A DNA stretch of 64,000 nt from an uncultured Alphaproteobacteria bacterium. GTDB taxonomy: Bacteria; Pseudomonadota; Alphaproteobacteria; Rhizobiales; Kaistiaceae. Positions 27,478 to 37,080 of this stretch are shown piece by piece. The translations under genes and the position numbers were made by a program. The DNA is taken from NCBI GenBank assembly GCA_963781775.1, contig CAWAHE010000011.1:130312-194311 (forward strand), written 5' to 3'. Each line of letters starts with the position of its first letter. The stretch's first letter is position 1. Under the pieces are notes generated by a model that ran no database searches, was not told where the DNA came from, and was given only the letters and a program-made list of their open reading frames with translations.

Positions 27478-28478
27478 GCGACCACCTCCGCAAGCGGGCC
27501 CGGATGGCCGACCGGACGGCCCTGGGCAAGCGGATAGTGGCAAAGGGCAAAGCCCTTTTCCGCGCTCTGCCGCGGCGGCACGAATTCGATGCAGCGCGCC
27601 GTCGCGAAGCGGCAGCGCGGCGAAAACAGGCAACCCGTCGGCCGGTCGAACAGGCCGGGGACGACGCCGCCGATCGACGGCAGCTTGCGGCCGACCGCGC
27701 GCTCGGGCAGCGAGGACAGTAGCGCCGACGTGTATGGATGATGCGGATCGGCGAAGAGAGCGCCGACATTCTGCTCCTCGACCTTCTGGCCGGCGTAGAA
27801 CACCGCCACCCGCTCGGCGGTCTCGGCAACCACGCCCATGTCGTGGGTGATCAGCACCAGCGCCATGCCGATCTCCTTCTGCAAGTCGAGAAGAAGATCG
27901 AGGATCTGCGCCTGGATGGTGACGTCGAGCGCGGTAGTCGGCTCGTCGGCGATCACAAGCTTCGGGTTGCAGGCAAGCGCCATGGCGATCATCACGCGCT
28001 GGTTCATGCCGCCCGACAGCAGATGCGGGAAAGCCGAGAGGCGCCGCTCCGGATCGGAAATGCCGACCGCGCCCAACAGCTCGATCGTCCGTTGACGCCG
28101 TTCGGCCTTGTTGAGGCCGAGATGGACCTTGAGCGCCTCGCCGATCTGGAATCCAACGGTGAAACACGGATTGAGGCTCGACATTGGCTCCTGGAAGATC
28201 ATCGCCATGTCTTTGCCGACGATGGTGCGCCGCCGCTTCGGCGAAAGGCCCAGGAGGTTGTTGCCGTCGAAAGCGAGGCGGTCGGCGGCGACCGTCGCCG
28301 TCCATGGCAGGAGGCCCATGACAGCCAGCATCGCCACCGACTTGCCAGAGCCCGACTCGCCGACGATCGCCTGCACTTCGCCGGCCTCGACATTGAGCGA
28401 AATGCCGTCCACCGCCCGGAACGCGCCGTGCGCGGTGGCGAAATCGACCGACAGGTTCTCGATTTCGAGGAGCGGCAT
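27474..28478 (-). CDS. dppD: Dipeptide ABC transporter ATP-binding protein DppD
   Basis: ORF 27474..28637, trimmed to the ATG at 28478 (MPLLEIENL). It has [23 protein letters not shown] and [11 protein letters not shown]. Confidence 0.85.
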
Positions 28479-28480
28479 CG

Positions 28481-29404
28481 TCAGCTCCGCCTCAGTTTCG
28501 GGTCGAGAGCGTCGCGCAGTCCGTCGCCGATCAGATTGATGGCAAGCACCGTGATCAGGATGGCGAGACCGGGGAACGTCACCACCCACCACGCCCGCAG
28601 GATGAATTCGCGCGCCTCGGCGAGCATCGTGCCCCACTCCGGCGTCGGCGGCTGGGCGCCCAGCCCCAGAAAGCCGAGCGCCGCCGCGTCAAGGATCGCG
28701 TTGGAGAAGGACAGCGTCGCCTGGACGATCAGCGGAGCCAGACAATTCGGCAGTATGGTGACCAGCATCAAGCGCAGCGGACTGGCGCCGATCAGCCGGG
28801 TTGCCGTTACATAGTCCTTGCTCCGCTCGGTGATAACCGCCGCTCGCGTCAGGCGCACGAAATGCGGCTGATAAGAGATCGCGATTGCGATCATCGCGTT
28901 AAACAAGCCGGGGCCGAGGATCACCACCAGGACCAGCGCAAGCAGCAGTGAAGGTAGCGCCAGAACGATGTCCATCAGGCGCATGATGATCGTCTCGGTC
29001 CAGCCCCGGAAGTAGCCGGCGATCAACCCGATGACGATGCCGCCGGCAAGCGCGATCGCGACGACGAAGATGCCGATGAACAGGGAGAAACGTGCGCCGA
29101 AGATGAGCCGAGAGAGGATGTCGCGACCGACCGGATCGGTGCCAAGCAGGAATTCAGGATGGTCGCCGCCAGCCCATGGCGGCGGCACCAGCAACGCGTC
29201 GCGGAACTGGTCGGACGGGCCGAACGGCGCGATCAGCGGCGCGAAGATCGCCATCAGGACCAGAAGGACGAGGACAACCAGCCCAAGGACCGCGCCGCGA
29301 TTTTCGCGGAAATAGAACCAGAACTCAGTCAGCGCGGCCCGCTGTATGCTGGTCTGCGCAGCAATCGGCTCGGCCTCGTGTTCGGTTTCGCTAACGTCAG
29401 CCAT
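28481..29404 (-). CDS. dppC: Dipeptide ABC transporter permease DppC
   Basis: The ORF is 307 aa, a multi-TM BPD-type permease. It carries LGTDPVGRDILSRLIFGAR. There is a 2-bp gap to dppD. Confidence 0.85.
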   Translation of the reverse strand: MADVSETEHEAEPIAAQTSIQRAALTEFWFYFRENRGAVLGLVVLVLLVLMAIFAPLIAPFGPSDQFRDALLVPPPWAGGDHPEFLLGTDPVGRDILSRLIFGARFSLFIGIFVVAIALAGGIVIGLIAGYFRGWTETIIMRLMDIVLALPSLLLALVLVVILGPGLFNAMIAIAISYQPHFVRLTRAAVITERSKDYVTATRLIGASPLRLMLVTILPNCLAPLIVQATLSFSNAILDAAALGFLGLGAQPPTPEWGTMLAEAREFILRAWWVVTFPGLAILITVLAINLIGDGLRDALDPKLRRS

Positions 29405-30404
29405 GGCGAATCCGCGGATTGATCAGCCCATAGAGCACGTCGACGACCAAATTCACGGTCATGATAATCAGCGCGATCAGGATGAGGCCGCCCTGCACCA
29501 CCGGATAGTCGCGCTTGAACACCGAATCGACCATCCACTTGCCGATGCCCGGCCACGAGAAGATCGTCTCGGTGAGGATGGCGCCGGCGAGCAGCACTCC
29601 GATCTGGAGGCCGATCGTGGTGACGACGGGCACCAGCGCGTTGCGCAAGGCATGGACGCCGACGACGGCGAAGGGCGGCAGGCCCTTGGCCCGAGCCGTG
29701 CGCACATAGTCCTCGCCCAGCACCTCGAGCATGGCTGAGCGTGTTTGCCGGGCAATCACTGCCAGCGGGATGGTCGCCAGCACGATCGACGGCAGGATGA
29801 GATGGCTGACCGCCGAACCGAACGCGCCCTTCTGGCCGGAGAGCAGCGAGTCGATCAGCATGAAACCGGTAACCGGCGGGAAATAGTAACTCAGCGATAT
29901 GCGGCCCGAGACCGGCGTCCAGCCGAGCACGCCCGAAAACAGGATGATGAGCAGCAGGCCCCACCAGAAGATCGGCATCGAATAGCCGACGAGTGCCGCC
30001 CCCATCACCGCCTGGTCGAACAGGGAACCTCGCTTCACCGCAGCGATCACACCGGCCGGAATGCCGAGCACGATCGCGATCAGGACCGCGACCCACGCAA
30101 GTTCCATCGTGGCGGGGAAGCGAGTGAGAAAGTCGGCCAGCACGGGCCGTTTGGTGACGATCGAACTGCCGAAATCGCCCGTCAGCAAACCGCCGATGTA
30201 GGAGACGTACTGTACGATCAGCGGCCTGTCGTAGCCGAGATCATGCATGATCTGCGCATGGCGTGCGGGATCGATGACCCGCTCACCGTACATCAGCGAG
30301 ATGGGATCGCCGGGCAGGAGGCGGATGAAGGCGAACGCGATGATCGAGACGCCGATGAATGTCGGCAACAAAACAGCGAGACGCCGCAGAATGAGGCGAA
30401 TCAT
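29397..30404 (-). CDS. dppB: Dipeptide ABC transporter permease DppB
   Basis: The ORF is 335 aa, beginning MIRLILRRLAVLLPTFIGVSIIAFAFIRLLPGDP. It overlaps dppC by 8 bp. Confidence 0.85.
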   Translation of the reverse strand: MIRLILRRLAVLLPTFIGVSIIAFAFIRLLPGDPISLMYGERVIDPARHAQIMHDLGYDRPLIVQYVSYIGGLLTGDFGSSIVTKRPVLADFLTRFPATMELAWVAVLIAIVLGIPAGVIAAVKRGSLFDQAVMGAALVGYSMPIFWWGLLLIILFSGVLGWTPVSGRISLSYYFPPVTGFMLIDSLLSGQKGAFGSAVSHLILPSIVLATIPLAVIARQTRSAMLEVLGEDYVRTARAKGLPPFAVVGVHALRNALVPVVTTIGLQIGVLLAGAILTETIFSWPGIGKWMVDSVFKRDYPVVQGGLILIALIIMTVNLVVDVLYGLINPRIRHG

Positions 30405-30451
30405 CGCTTATCCCGCTGCCTCCCCGCCATGAAATGATGCCCCATACGAAG

Positions 30452-30479
30452 GGGGCGCCCGCCTGATCGCGGACGCCCC
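30452..30479 (-). promoter_or_regulatory. Strong intercistronic stem-loop between dppA and dppB
   Basis: On the minus strand this is GGGGCGUCCGC-GAUCAG-GCGGGCGCCCC, an 11-bp stem including one G-U pair. No U-tract follows on the dpp strand. This matches the pattern of an mRNA stabiliser or partial terminator that enriches the binding-protein transcript. Confidence 0.4.
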
Positions 30480-30503
30480 GCCTTTTGCTAGCGACCCGTC
30501 GAT

Positions 30504-32099
30504 CTACTCCGCGAGGTCGACGTCGTCGAAGCGATGGTAGCCGAGCGGATCCTGGACGTAGCCAATGACCTTCTTGCTCATCGGCATGACGACCAGCGAG
30601 TGGTCGATGGTTGCCCACGGCGCTTCGCGCTTGAACACAACCTGGGCCTGCTCGTAGAGCTTGGTCCGCTCCGCCTGGTCGGAGGTCGTCTTCGCCTTCT
30701 TGACGATGTCGTCGAACTCCTTGTTGCACCACTGGGCGCGGTTGTTGCCGCCGACGGCATCGCAGCCAAGAAGCGTGTCGAGGAAGTTGTCGGGATCGCC
30801 GTTGTCACCGGTCCACCCGAGCATCACGGCACCATCGCGATCCTTCTCCTTGGAGCGCTTCAGATATTCCGCCCACTCGTAGGTAACGATCTCGGCGGTA
30901 ACGCCGATCTTGGCGAAGTCCGACTGCATGATCTCGGCCGCCCGTCGGGCGTTGAGCATGTATGGGCGGCTGACGGGCATCGCCCAGATCTTCATCGACA
31001 GGTTCGAAACGCCCGCGTCGGCAAGCAGTTTCTTGGCCGCGTCGAGATCGTAGGCGTCGTCCTTCACGTCTTTGTTGTAGGACCACATCGTCGGCGGGAT
31101 CGGGTTGGTTGCCGGTTTGGCGGAACCCTGGAAGACGGCGTCGATGATCGCCTTCTTGTTGATCGCCATGTTGAGCGCCTTGCGCACGCGCACGTCGTCA
31201 AACGGCTTCTGTGTGGTGTTATAGGCGAGATAAGCGACGTTAAGGCCCTCCTGCTCCATCACCTGCAGGTTCGGGTCCGCCTTGAGGCCATCCACATCCG
31301 CCGCATTCGGATATGGCATGATCTGGCACTCGTTGGCTTTCAGGCGCTGGGCGCGAACCGAGGCGTCGGTCGTGATGGCAAACACCAGATCGTCGATCTT
31401 CTGCTTGCCCTTCCAGTAGTCGGGGTTGGCCTTGTAGCGAATCTGGCTGTCCGGCTGGTACGCGACGAACGTATACGGCCCGGTACCGAGCGGCATCTGG
31501 TTCAGCTGGTTCATTTTGCCGTCGGCAGCCAGCTTGTCGGCATATTCCTTCGAGACGATCGAGGCGAAGTCCATGCCGAGATCGGCCATGAACGGTGCCT
31601 CAGGGCGATTGAGCGTGAACTTGACGGTCAGATCATCCACCTTGTCGATGCTCTTGATCAGGTCCGGAAAGCCCATTCCGTCGGAGTATTCCCAGGCGGC
31701 GCCATCGACGTATTTGTTCCACGGGCTGTCCGCCTTGAGCTGGCGCTCGAACGAAAAGATGACGTCGTCCGCATTAAGCGTCCGCGTCGGGGTGAAGAAG
31801 TCGGTGGTCTGGAATTTTACGTTCGGACGAAGGTGGAACGTGTAAACCGTGCCGTCGGCCGAGATATCCCATTTCTCGGCGAGGCCCGGCTCGATCTCGG
31901 TGCTGCCGTGCTTGAATTCGACCAGCCGGTTGTAGACCGCACGCGAGGCCGCATCGAACGTCGTTCCAGCGGTATAAAGGCCCGGGTCAAATCCCTCCGG
32001 ACTCGCCTCCGAGCAGTAGATCAGTGTCTTGGCGTCGGCGGCAGTTGCCAGACCTACGGCAAACACGGTCGCCAATAATAGCTGCGCCGTACGTTTCAT
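30504..32099 (-). CDS. dppA: Dipeptide ABC transporter substrate-binding protein DppA (family 5 SBP)
   Basis: ORF 30504..32171, trimmed to the ATG at 32099 (MKRTAQLLLATVFAVGLATAADA). It is collinear with E. coli DppA as I remember it: KTLIYCSEASPEGFDP, YNRLVEFK, NADDVIFSFERQ, MGWTGDNGDPDNF. Confidence 0.9.
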   Translation of the reverse strand: MKRTAQLLLATVFAVGLATAADAKTLIYCSEASPEGFDPGLYTAGTTFDAASRAVYNRLVEFKHGSTEIEPGLAEKWDISADGTVYTFHLRPNVKFQTTDFFTPTRTLNADDVIFSFERQLKADSPWNKYVDGAAWEYSDGMGFPDLIKSIDKVDDLTVKFTLNRPEAPFMADLGMDFASIVSKEYADKLAADGKMNQLNQMPLGTGPYTFVAYQPDSQIRYKANPDYWKGKQKIDDLVFAITTDASVRAQRLKANECQIMPYPNAADVDGLKADPNLQVMEQEGLNVAYLAYNTTQKPFDDVRVRKALNMAINKKAIIDAVFQGSAKPATNPIPPTMWSYNKDVKDDAYDLDAAKKLLADAGVSNLSMKIWAMPVSRPYMLNARRAAEIMQSDFAKIGVTAEIVTYEWAEYLKRSKEKDRDGAVMLGWTGDNGDPDNFLDTLLGCDAVGGNNRAQWCNKEFDDIVKKAKTTSDQAERTKLYEQAQVVFKREAPWATIDHSLVVMPMSKKVIGYVQDPLGYHRFDDVDLAE

Positions 32100-32312
32100 G
32101 ATTCTGTCCCTCCTGAGAGCCGCGCGCCGCGCGGCACGAACTGTCCCGTTCGGCGGCCGGTCAGAAGTCACGGCTCCGAAAGGTTATCTCCAATCCAGCC
32201 GAGCCGAGCCGATAATGCAAGGGCGCGTCGACCTGCTGCTTGACGGCGGATCGTCACGTTTCGTCAAAATGCGTGTCTCGCCAGCGGGTTACGCCAAAGC
32301 GCGGCTCACCCG

Positions 32313-33902
32313 TCATTCGCCGACGTCGACACCCGCGAAATTGTGGTGCCCGAGCGGATCGACCACATAGTTCTTCACGGACTTGGCGACGGGAACGCTT
32401 AGCGTCGTGTGGGCGAGGGTCAGCCACGGCGCCTGATCTGCGAATTGCTGCTGTGCGGTCTCGTACAGCTTGGCGCGCGCATCGACATCGGCCAGTGCGC
32501 GGGCGTCGAGCACCGCCTTGTCGAAATCGGGATTGCACCATTCGGCGCGATTGGAGATGCCGACGGTGTCGCAACTGAGCAGCGCACCCAGGAAGTTGTC
32601 GGGATCGCCGTTGTCGCTGGTCCAGCCGAACAGGACGGCGCCATCATGGTCGGGCGCCGCCGTGATCTTGATGAAAGCGCCGAGGTCGTCGCTGGCGATT
32701 TCCACCGCGACGCCGGCCTTGGCGAGATCGGCCTTGATCATTTCGGCCGCACGTTTCGGGTCGGGATCGTAAGCACGCGCGACCGGCGGCACCCATAACT
32801 TGATCTTGAGGTCGGTCACACCGGCGGCTGCCAATGCCGTTTTCGCGCCCTCGGGATCGGCGGCTGCGTCGGGGATCGCGTCGACATGCGACCACATGCT
32901 GGCCGGCAGTGGGCTCGTTGCCGGCGACGCGCCGCCGCCGTAGATCGCCTCGACCAGGGCCTTGCGATCGATCGCCATGTTGAGCGCCTTGCGCACGCGC
33001 ACGTCATCGAACGGCTTCTGCGCGGTGTTCCACGCCAGGTAGGCGACATCCGCTGCCTCAGCCTGAATGACGTTGACGTCCGCGTCCTGCTTCAGCGCGG
33101 CGATGTCGCTTGGCTCGGGCCCGCCGAGAACCTGGCAGTCGCCGGCCTTGAACATCTTCAAACGCGTCGCCGGATCGGGGCTGATGAGAAAGGAAAGCTG
33201 GTCGATGGCCGGCTTGCCGCGCCAGTAGTCCGGATTGGCTCGGTAGTTGATACGCACGTCCGGCTGATAGCCGACGAACTGGAAAGGGCCGGTGCCGATC
33301 GGCATGCGGTCAAGGTCTTCGCGTTTCTTGGCCTTGAGCAGCGTGTCGGCATATTCGGCCGAGACGATCGAGGCGAAGTCCATGGCGAGGTCGGCGAGGA
33401 TCGCCGGATCGCGCCGGGTCAGCGTGATCCTGACGGTCGCGTCGTCGACCTTGTCGATGGACGCGATCAGAGCCGGCATCGACATGCCGTCGAAATAGCT
33501 CCACACGCCGCCAGCGTAGTCGAACCAGGGGTTCTTGGTGTCCATCTGGCGCATCAGGCTGAACACGACGTCATCGGCGTTCAGGTCGCGCGTCGGCGTG
33601 TAGAAATAGGTCGAGTGGAACTTCACGCCCTGACGGAGATGGAACGTGTATTGGAGCCCATCTTCCGATACGTCCCAACTCTCGGCGAGCCCCGGAACCG
33701 GCTTGGTCGTGCCCGGCTCGAAGGCGACCAACCGGTCGTAGAGAGCCTCCGACGAAGCATCGAACGTGGCGCCCGCAATATGTGGCGCGGGATCGAAGCC
33801 CTCAGGGTTCTGTACCGCGCAAAACGCCAACGACTTCGCGTGGGCGGCCGAAGCCACCCCGGCGGCAACCATTGCCGCCAGTATCAACGTCACAGGTTTC
33901 AT
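32313..33902 (-). CDS. Second DppA-like family 5 substrate-binding protein (tandem paralogue)
   Basis: ORF 32313..34109, trimmed to the ATG at 33902 (MKPVTLILAAMVAAGVASAAHA). It carries KSLAFCAVQNPEGFDP, YDRLVAFE, NADDVVFSLMRQ and FGWTSDNGDPDNF. Confidence 0.85.
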   Translation of the reverse strand: MKPVTLILAAMVAAGVASAAHAKSLAFCAVQNPEGFDPAPHIAGATFDASSEALYDRLVAFEPGTTKPVPGLAESWDVSEDGLQYTFHLRQGVKFHSTYFYTPTRDLNADDVVFSLMRQMDTKNPWFDYAGGVWSYFDGMSMPALIASIDKVDDATVRITLTRRDPAILADLAMDFASIVSAEYADTLLKAKKREDLDRMPIGTGPFQFVGYQPDVRINYRANPDYWRGKPAIDQLSFLISPDPATRLKMFKAGDCQVLGGPEPSDIAALKQDADVNVIQAEAADVAYLAWNTAQKPFDDVRVRKALNMAIDRKALVEAIYGGGASPATSPLPASMWSHVDAIPDAAADPEGAKTALAAAGVTDLKIKLWVPPVARAYDPDPKRAAEMIKADLAKAGVAVEIASDDLGAFIKITAAPDHDGAVLFGWTSDNGDPDNFLGALLSCDTVGISNRAEWCNPDFDKAVLDARALADVDARAKLYETAQQQFADQAPWLTLAHTTLSVPVAKSVKNYVVDPLGHHNFAGVDVGE

Positions 33903-33999
33903 GGGTTCGGATGGTCCACTGGCAAACTTGAGCGGCCTCTTGCTCCTCGACGGCGCGCAACATTGCACGGAATCGCGCGAGGGCAAAGATTGAGGGCCC

Positions 34000-34749
34000 T
34001 CAGCGCCCGCCGGCCACGTCCAGCAGCGCACCATTGACGTAGGAGGCTTCGTCGGAGAGCAGCCAGACGATCGCCTCGGCAACCTCCTCGGCTGTGCCCG
34101 AACGGCCAAGCGGCACGTTGACGCCGAGACGCTCGGCCCGGCCGGGCTGTCCGCCGCTGGCGTGGATATCGGTCTCGATCAAACCGGGCCTGACCGCGTT
34201 GACGCGCACGCCTTGCGCACCGCTCTCCTTCGAGAGCCCAATGGTCAGCGTGTCGAGCGCTCCCTTGGTGAGGGCGTAGTCGATGTATTCGTGGGCGCCG
34301 CCCAAGCGGGCCGCCGCCGACGAGACGTTGACGATCGACCCGCCGGCGCCGCCGCGATCCGTGGCCATGCGCCGAACCGCCTCGCGCGCGGCCAGGATGG
34401 CGCCGAGAACGTTGATATCAATCACCGTCTTCAGCCGCTCGACGCTCATGTCGGCCAGCGTCTGCGGCGGCGGAACAATGATGCCGGCATTGTTGACGAG
34501 ACCATGGATTGGCCCGAAGGCATCCGCCGTCGCATCGAACAGCGCCATCACGTCGGCCTCGTCCGCGACGGTTCCCTTGACGGCAATCGCCTTGCCGCCC
34601 GCCGCTTCCACCGCAGCCACCGTTTCCCCGGCAGCCTTGGCGTTTTCGACGTAGCTGATCGCAATCGACCACCCGCGCCTGGCCGCAACCCGAGCCGTGG
34701 CTGCGCCGATGCCCCGGCTGCCGCCGGTGATCACAATGGTTTTCGGCAT
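34000..34749 (-). CDS. SDR family oxidoreductase
   Basis: ORF 34000..34764 with the ATG at 34749 (MPKTIVITGGSRGIG). It has NNAG and YALTK (YxxxK). Confidence 0.85.
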   Translation of the reverse strand: MPKTIVITGGSRGIGAATARVAARRGWSIAISYVENAKAAGETVAAVEAAGGKAIAVKGTVADEADVMALFDATADAFGPIHGLVNNAGIIVPPPQTLADMSVERLKTVIDINVLGAILAAREAVRRMATDRGGAGGSIVNVSSAAARLGGAHEYIDYALTKGALDTLTIGLSKESGAQGVRVNAVRPGLIETDIHASGGQPGRAERLGVNVPLGRSGTAEEVAEAIVWLLSDEASYVNGALLDVAGGR

Positions 34750-34824
34750 TTGCCCCTCCCCCAATTGTTGGCGCGAACTTCCACCGTGAACGAGGGAAGT
34801 GCAATCGTTCCGTGGGAGGGGCAG

Positions 34825-36213
34825 CTATGCCGGCGGCCAGGCTTTGAGCTTGCCCGGGTTCATCAGGCCGTGGGGATCGGCGAGACTCTTGAATTCCGGC
34901 TGCGGCGCGTCGGTGCGCTTCCATCCGGCGTTGTCGAGGACATAGGTGTGCGGACTGGACACCGCGCCGCCCATTGCCTCAGCCATGCGAACGACTTCCG
35001 CCAGCCGCTCCGGCGAACGGTAGCGCAGGATCGGCAGGCTCGACACGAACACGCGGCCGAGACGCCGCTGGAACTCGAGATGGATGAGGAGCTCGTCGCC
35101 GAACGTCGTTTCCATCTCCGCCACGGTCTCCATCTCGCGCCCCTCGGGAAAGCGGATCTGGAGATAGGTGATCGTCGGATCGACCTTGAGCGCGTGCAAC
35201 GTCGTGTGGTTCCAGGTGTATTCATAGAGCGGCGGCATGGTGCCTTTGCCGTCGAAGGCGGCGTCCTCGGCTTCGCGCGACCCGCGTTCGTAGACGATCT
35301 TCCCGCCGTGCTCAGCCACCATCTCGGCTAACACCGCGCCCTGCGCTTCGGCCACCATCACGATCGCCATCGCGTGACCGGCCGGCACCAGCGGCGCGAC
35401 GCGCTTCAGCATCGGCGGAATCGCGCTGTCGAAAACGCCGATCTCTTTCTTGGCGATGCCTTCCGCCGCGGCCAGCGCCCACCCGAACCTGGCCGCGCCA
35501 ACCAGCGTCGGAAACGCGATGATGCGTTCGGCCCATGGCTGCCACGGCGCCAGCGGCACCGTCACTGCCGTGATGATGCCGTTGACGCCATAGGCGTGCA
35601 GCACCTTGAGGATGTCGCGGCCGGTCAATTCGATGACCCGCGGCTCTTCCTCGACTGTCACAACCTCGACGGCGAGAACCGCGCCGGGATCGGCGATCTG
35701 CCCCCAGGTGCAGGAGCCGCAACCGGCAGCGCCACCGGCGACGAAGCCGCCGATCGTCGCCTGCTTGCGCGTCGAAGGATGGAAGCGCAGCTCCCAACGG
35801 CCAGCGTCGGCGAACCGATCGCGCAGCGTCCGGTCGATCTCCAGCAAGCGCGCACCAGCCTCGAAACTGGCAGCGCCCGGCGTCACGCTCACGGCACGGT
35901 CGAGGCCGGCCATGTCGAGCAAAACGCCACCTTCCAACGGCACGGCCTGACCGTAGTTGCCGGTCCCGCCACCGCGCACGGTCAAGGTCACCCGGTGACG
36001 GGCGCAGGCGGCAGCAATACGGATCACGTCATCCTTGCTGCGCGGCGCCACCACCAGTTCGGCACGCTTGTCATCGAGCATCGGCTTCAGGATCGGCGAG
36101 AACCAGAAGAAGTCGCGGCTCTTGAGCTTCAGCGTCGCGGCATCGTCGGCGATCGCGATACCGTCGAGATCGGCGCGCAGCGCCCCGAGGCGGTCGGGCG
36201 TCACGGCGTCCAT
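34825..36213 (-). CDS. FAD-binding (PCMH-type, FAD_binding_4) oxidoreductase, paralogue 1
   Basis: ORF 34825..36567, trimmed to the ATG at 36213 (MDAVTPDRL). It carries KSRDFFWFSPILK and VVAPRSKDDVIRIAAACARHRVTLTVRGGGTGNYGQAVPL. Its start overlaps the creatininase-family stop by 13 nt. Confidence 0.8.
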   Translation of the reverse strand: MDAVTPDRLGALRADLDGIAIADDAATLKLKSRDFFWFSPILKPMLDDKRAELVVAPRSKDDVIRIAAACARHRVTLTVRGGGTGNYGQAVPLEGGVLLDMAGLDRAVSVTPGAASFEAGARLLEIDRTLRDRFADAGRWELRFHPSTRKQATIGGFVAGGAAGCGSCTWGQIADPGAVLAVEVVTVEEEPRVIELTGRDILKVLHAYGVNGIITAVTVPLAPWQPWAERIIAFPTLVGAARFGWALAAAEGIAKKEIGVFDSAIPPMLKRVAPLVPAGHAMAIVMVAEAQGAVLAEMVAEHGGKIVYERGSREAEDAAFDGKGTMPPLYEYTWNHTTLHALKVDPTITYLQIRFPEGREMETVAEMETTFGDELLIHLEFQRRLGRVFVSSLPILRYRSPERLAEVVRMAEAMGGAVSSPHTYVLDNAGWKRTDAPQPEFKSLADPHGLMNPGKLKAWPPA

Positions 36214-36998
36214 AGGCGACCCGTGTCGAAGCGCTGCACGTCCTGGCAAAGTTCCACGAAGGCCCGCGCCTGATGATCGACAATGGCCTTGCCCTTGTCG
36301 GCCGTCGCGGCAGCGGCGTTGCCGACCGGCCCCTCCGGATTCAGGTCCTGCGCCTTCCAGCCGAACTGGGTCGTGCCATGCGCCCGCAGGTATTTGAATT
36401 CCTTGATGAAGTCGAGCTGACTGGAGCGGAAGTCCTTGGCGTTCTCCATGCGCACCAGGTCGGCACGAAGATGCAGCATGACCGACGTCTCGATATCGCC
36501 GCCGTGGATTCCGTAGAGCGATTCTTCCGTTGCCGTCACGCCCTCCGGATAACCGAAACGCGACCACGCCGTCGCCACCACCAGCATGTCGTGACGCACG
36601 CGCAACTCGCGCGCGACGATATCGACCATCGGCACATTACCGCCGTGCGAATTGACCACGATCAGCTTCTCAATGCCGGCACGGCGAACGCTGTCGCCGA
36701 TCTCCAGCCACAACCTGGTCGTCGTCTCCCAGGTGGACGTCAACGTTCCCGGCGAGGAGATGTGTTCGTTCGACTTGCCGATCGCCTGCACGGGCAGGAA
36801 GGTCACCGGCAGATCCTCGGGCAGCAGCTCAATCGAGCGGCGGATCATGCCCTCCGCGATGCAGGTGTCGGTATAAACCGGCAGATGCGGCCCGTGCTGC
36901 TCGATTGCTGCAACCGGCAGGACGGCGATCCAGCCGGTGGTGTCATTGTCCGCGAAATCGCGGGTAGTCATTTCAGCCCAATAGCGGCGGGGAAGCAT
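36201..36998 (-). CDS. Creatininase (creatinine amidohydrolase/ArfB/MftE) family protein
   Basis: The ORF is 265 aa and carries AVLPVAAIEQHGPHLP and VVNSHGGN. Confidence 0.8.
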   Translation of the reverse strand: MLPRRYWAEMTTRDFADNDTTGWIAVLPVAAIEQHGPHLPVYTDTCIAEGMIRRSIELLPEDLPVTFLPVQAIGKSNEHISSPGTLTSTWETTTRLWLEIGDSVRRAGIEKLIVVNSHGGNVPMVDIVARELRVRHDMLVVATAWSRFGYPEGVTATEESLYGIHGGDIETSVMLHLRADLVRMENAKDFRSSQLDFIKEFKYLRAHGTTQFGWKAQDLNPEGPVGNAAAATADKGKAIVDHQARAFVELCQDVQRFDTGRLWTP

Positions 36999-37080
36999 GT
37001 GCGGTCAATCCGGTCGGCGATAGCGCCGCCATAATGACCGCTGCACGACTGTTCCGCAATAGGGCGCGTGGTCGCCCCTC

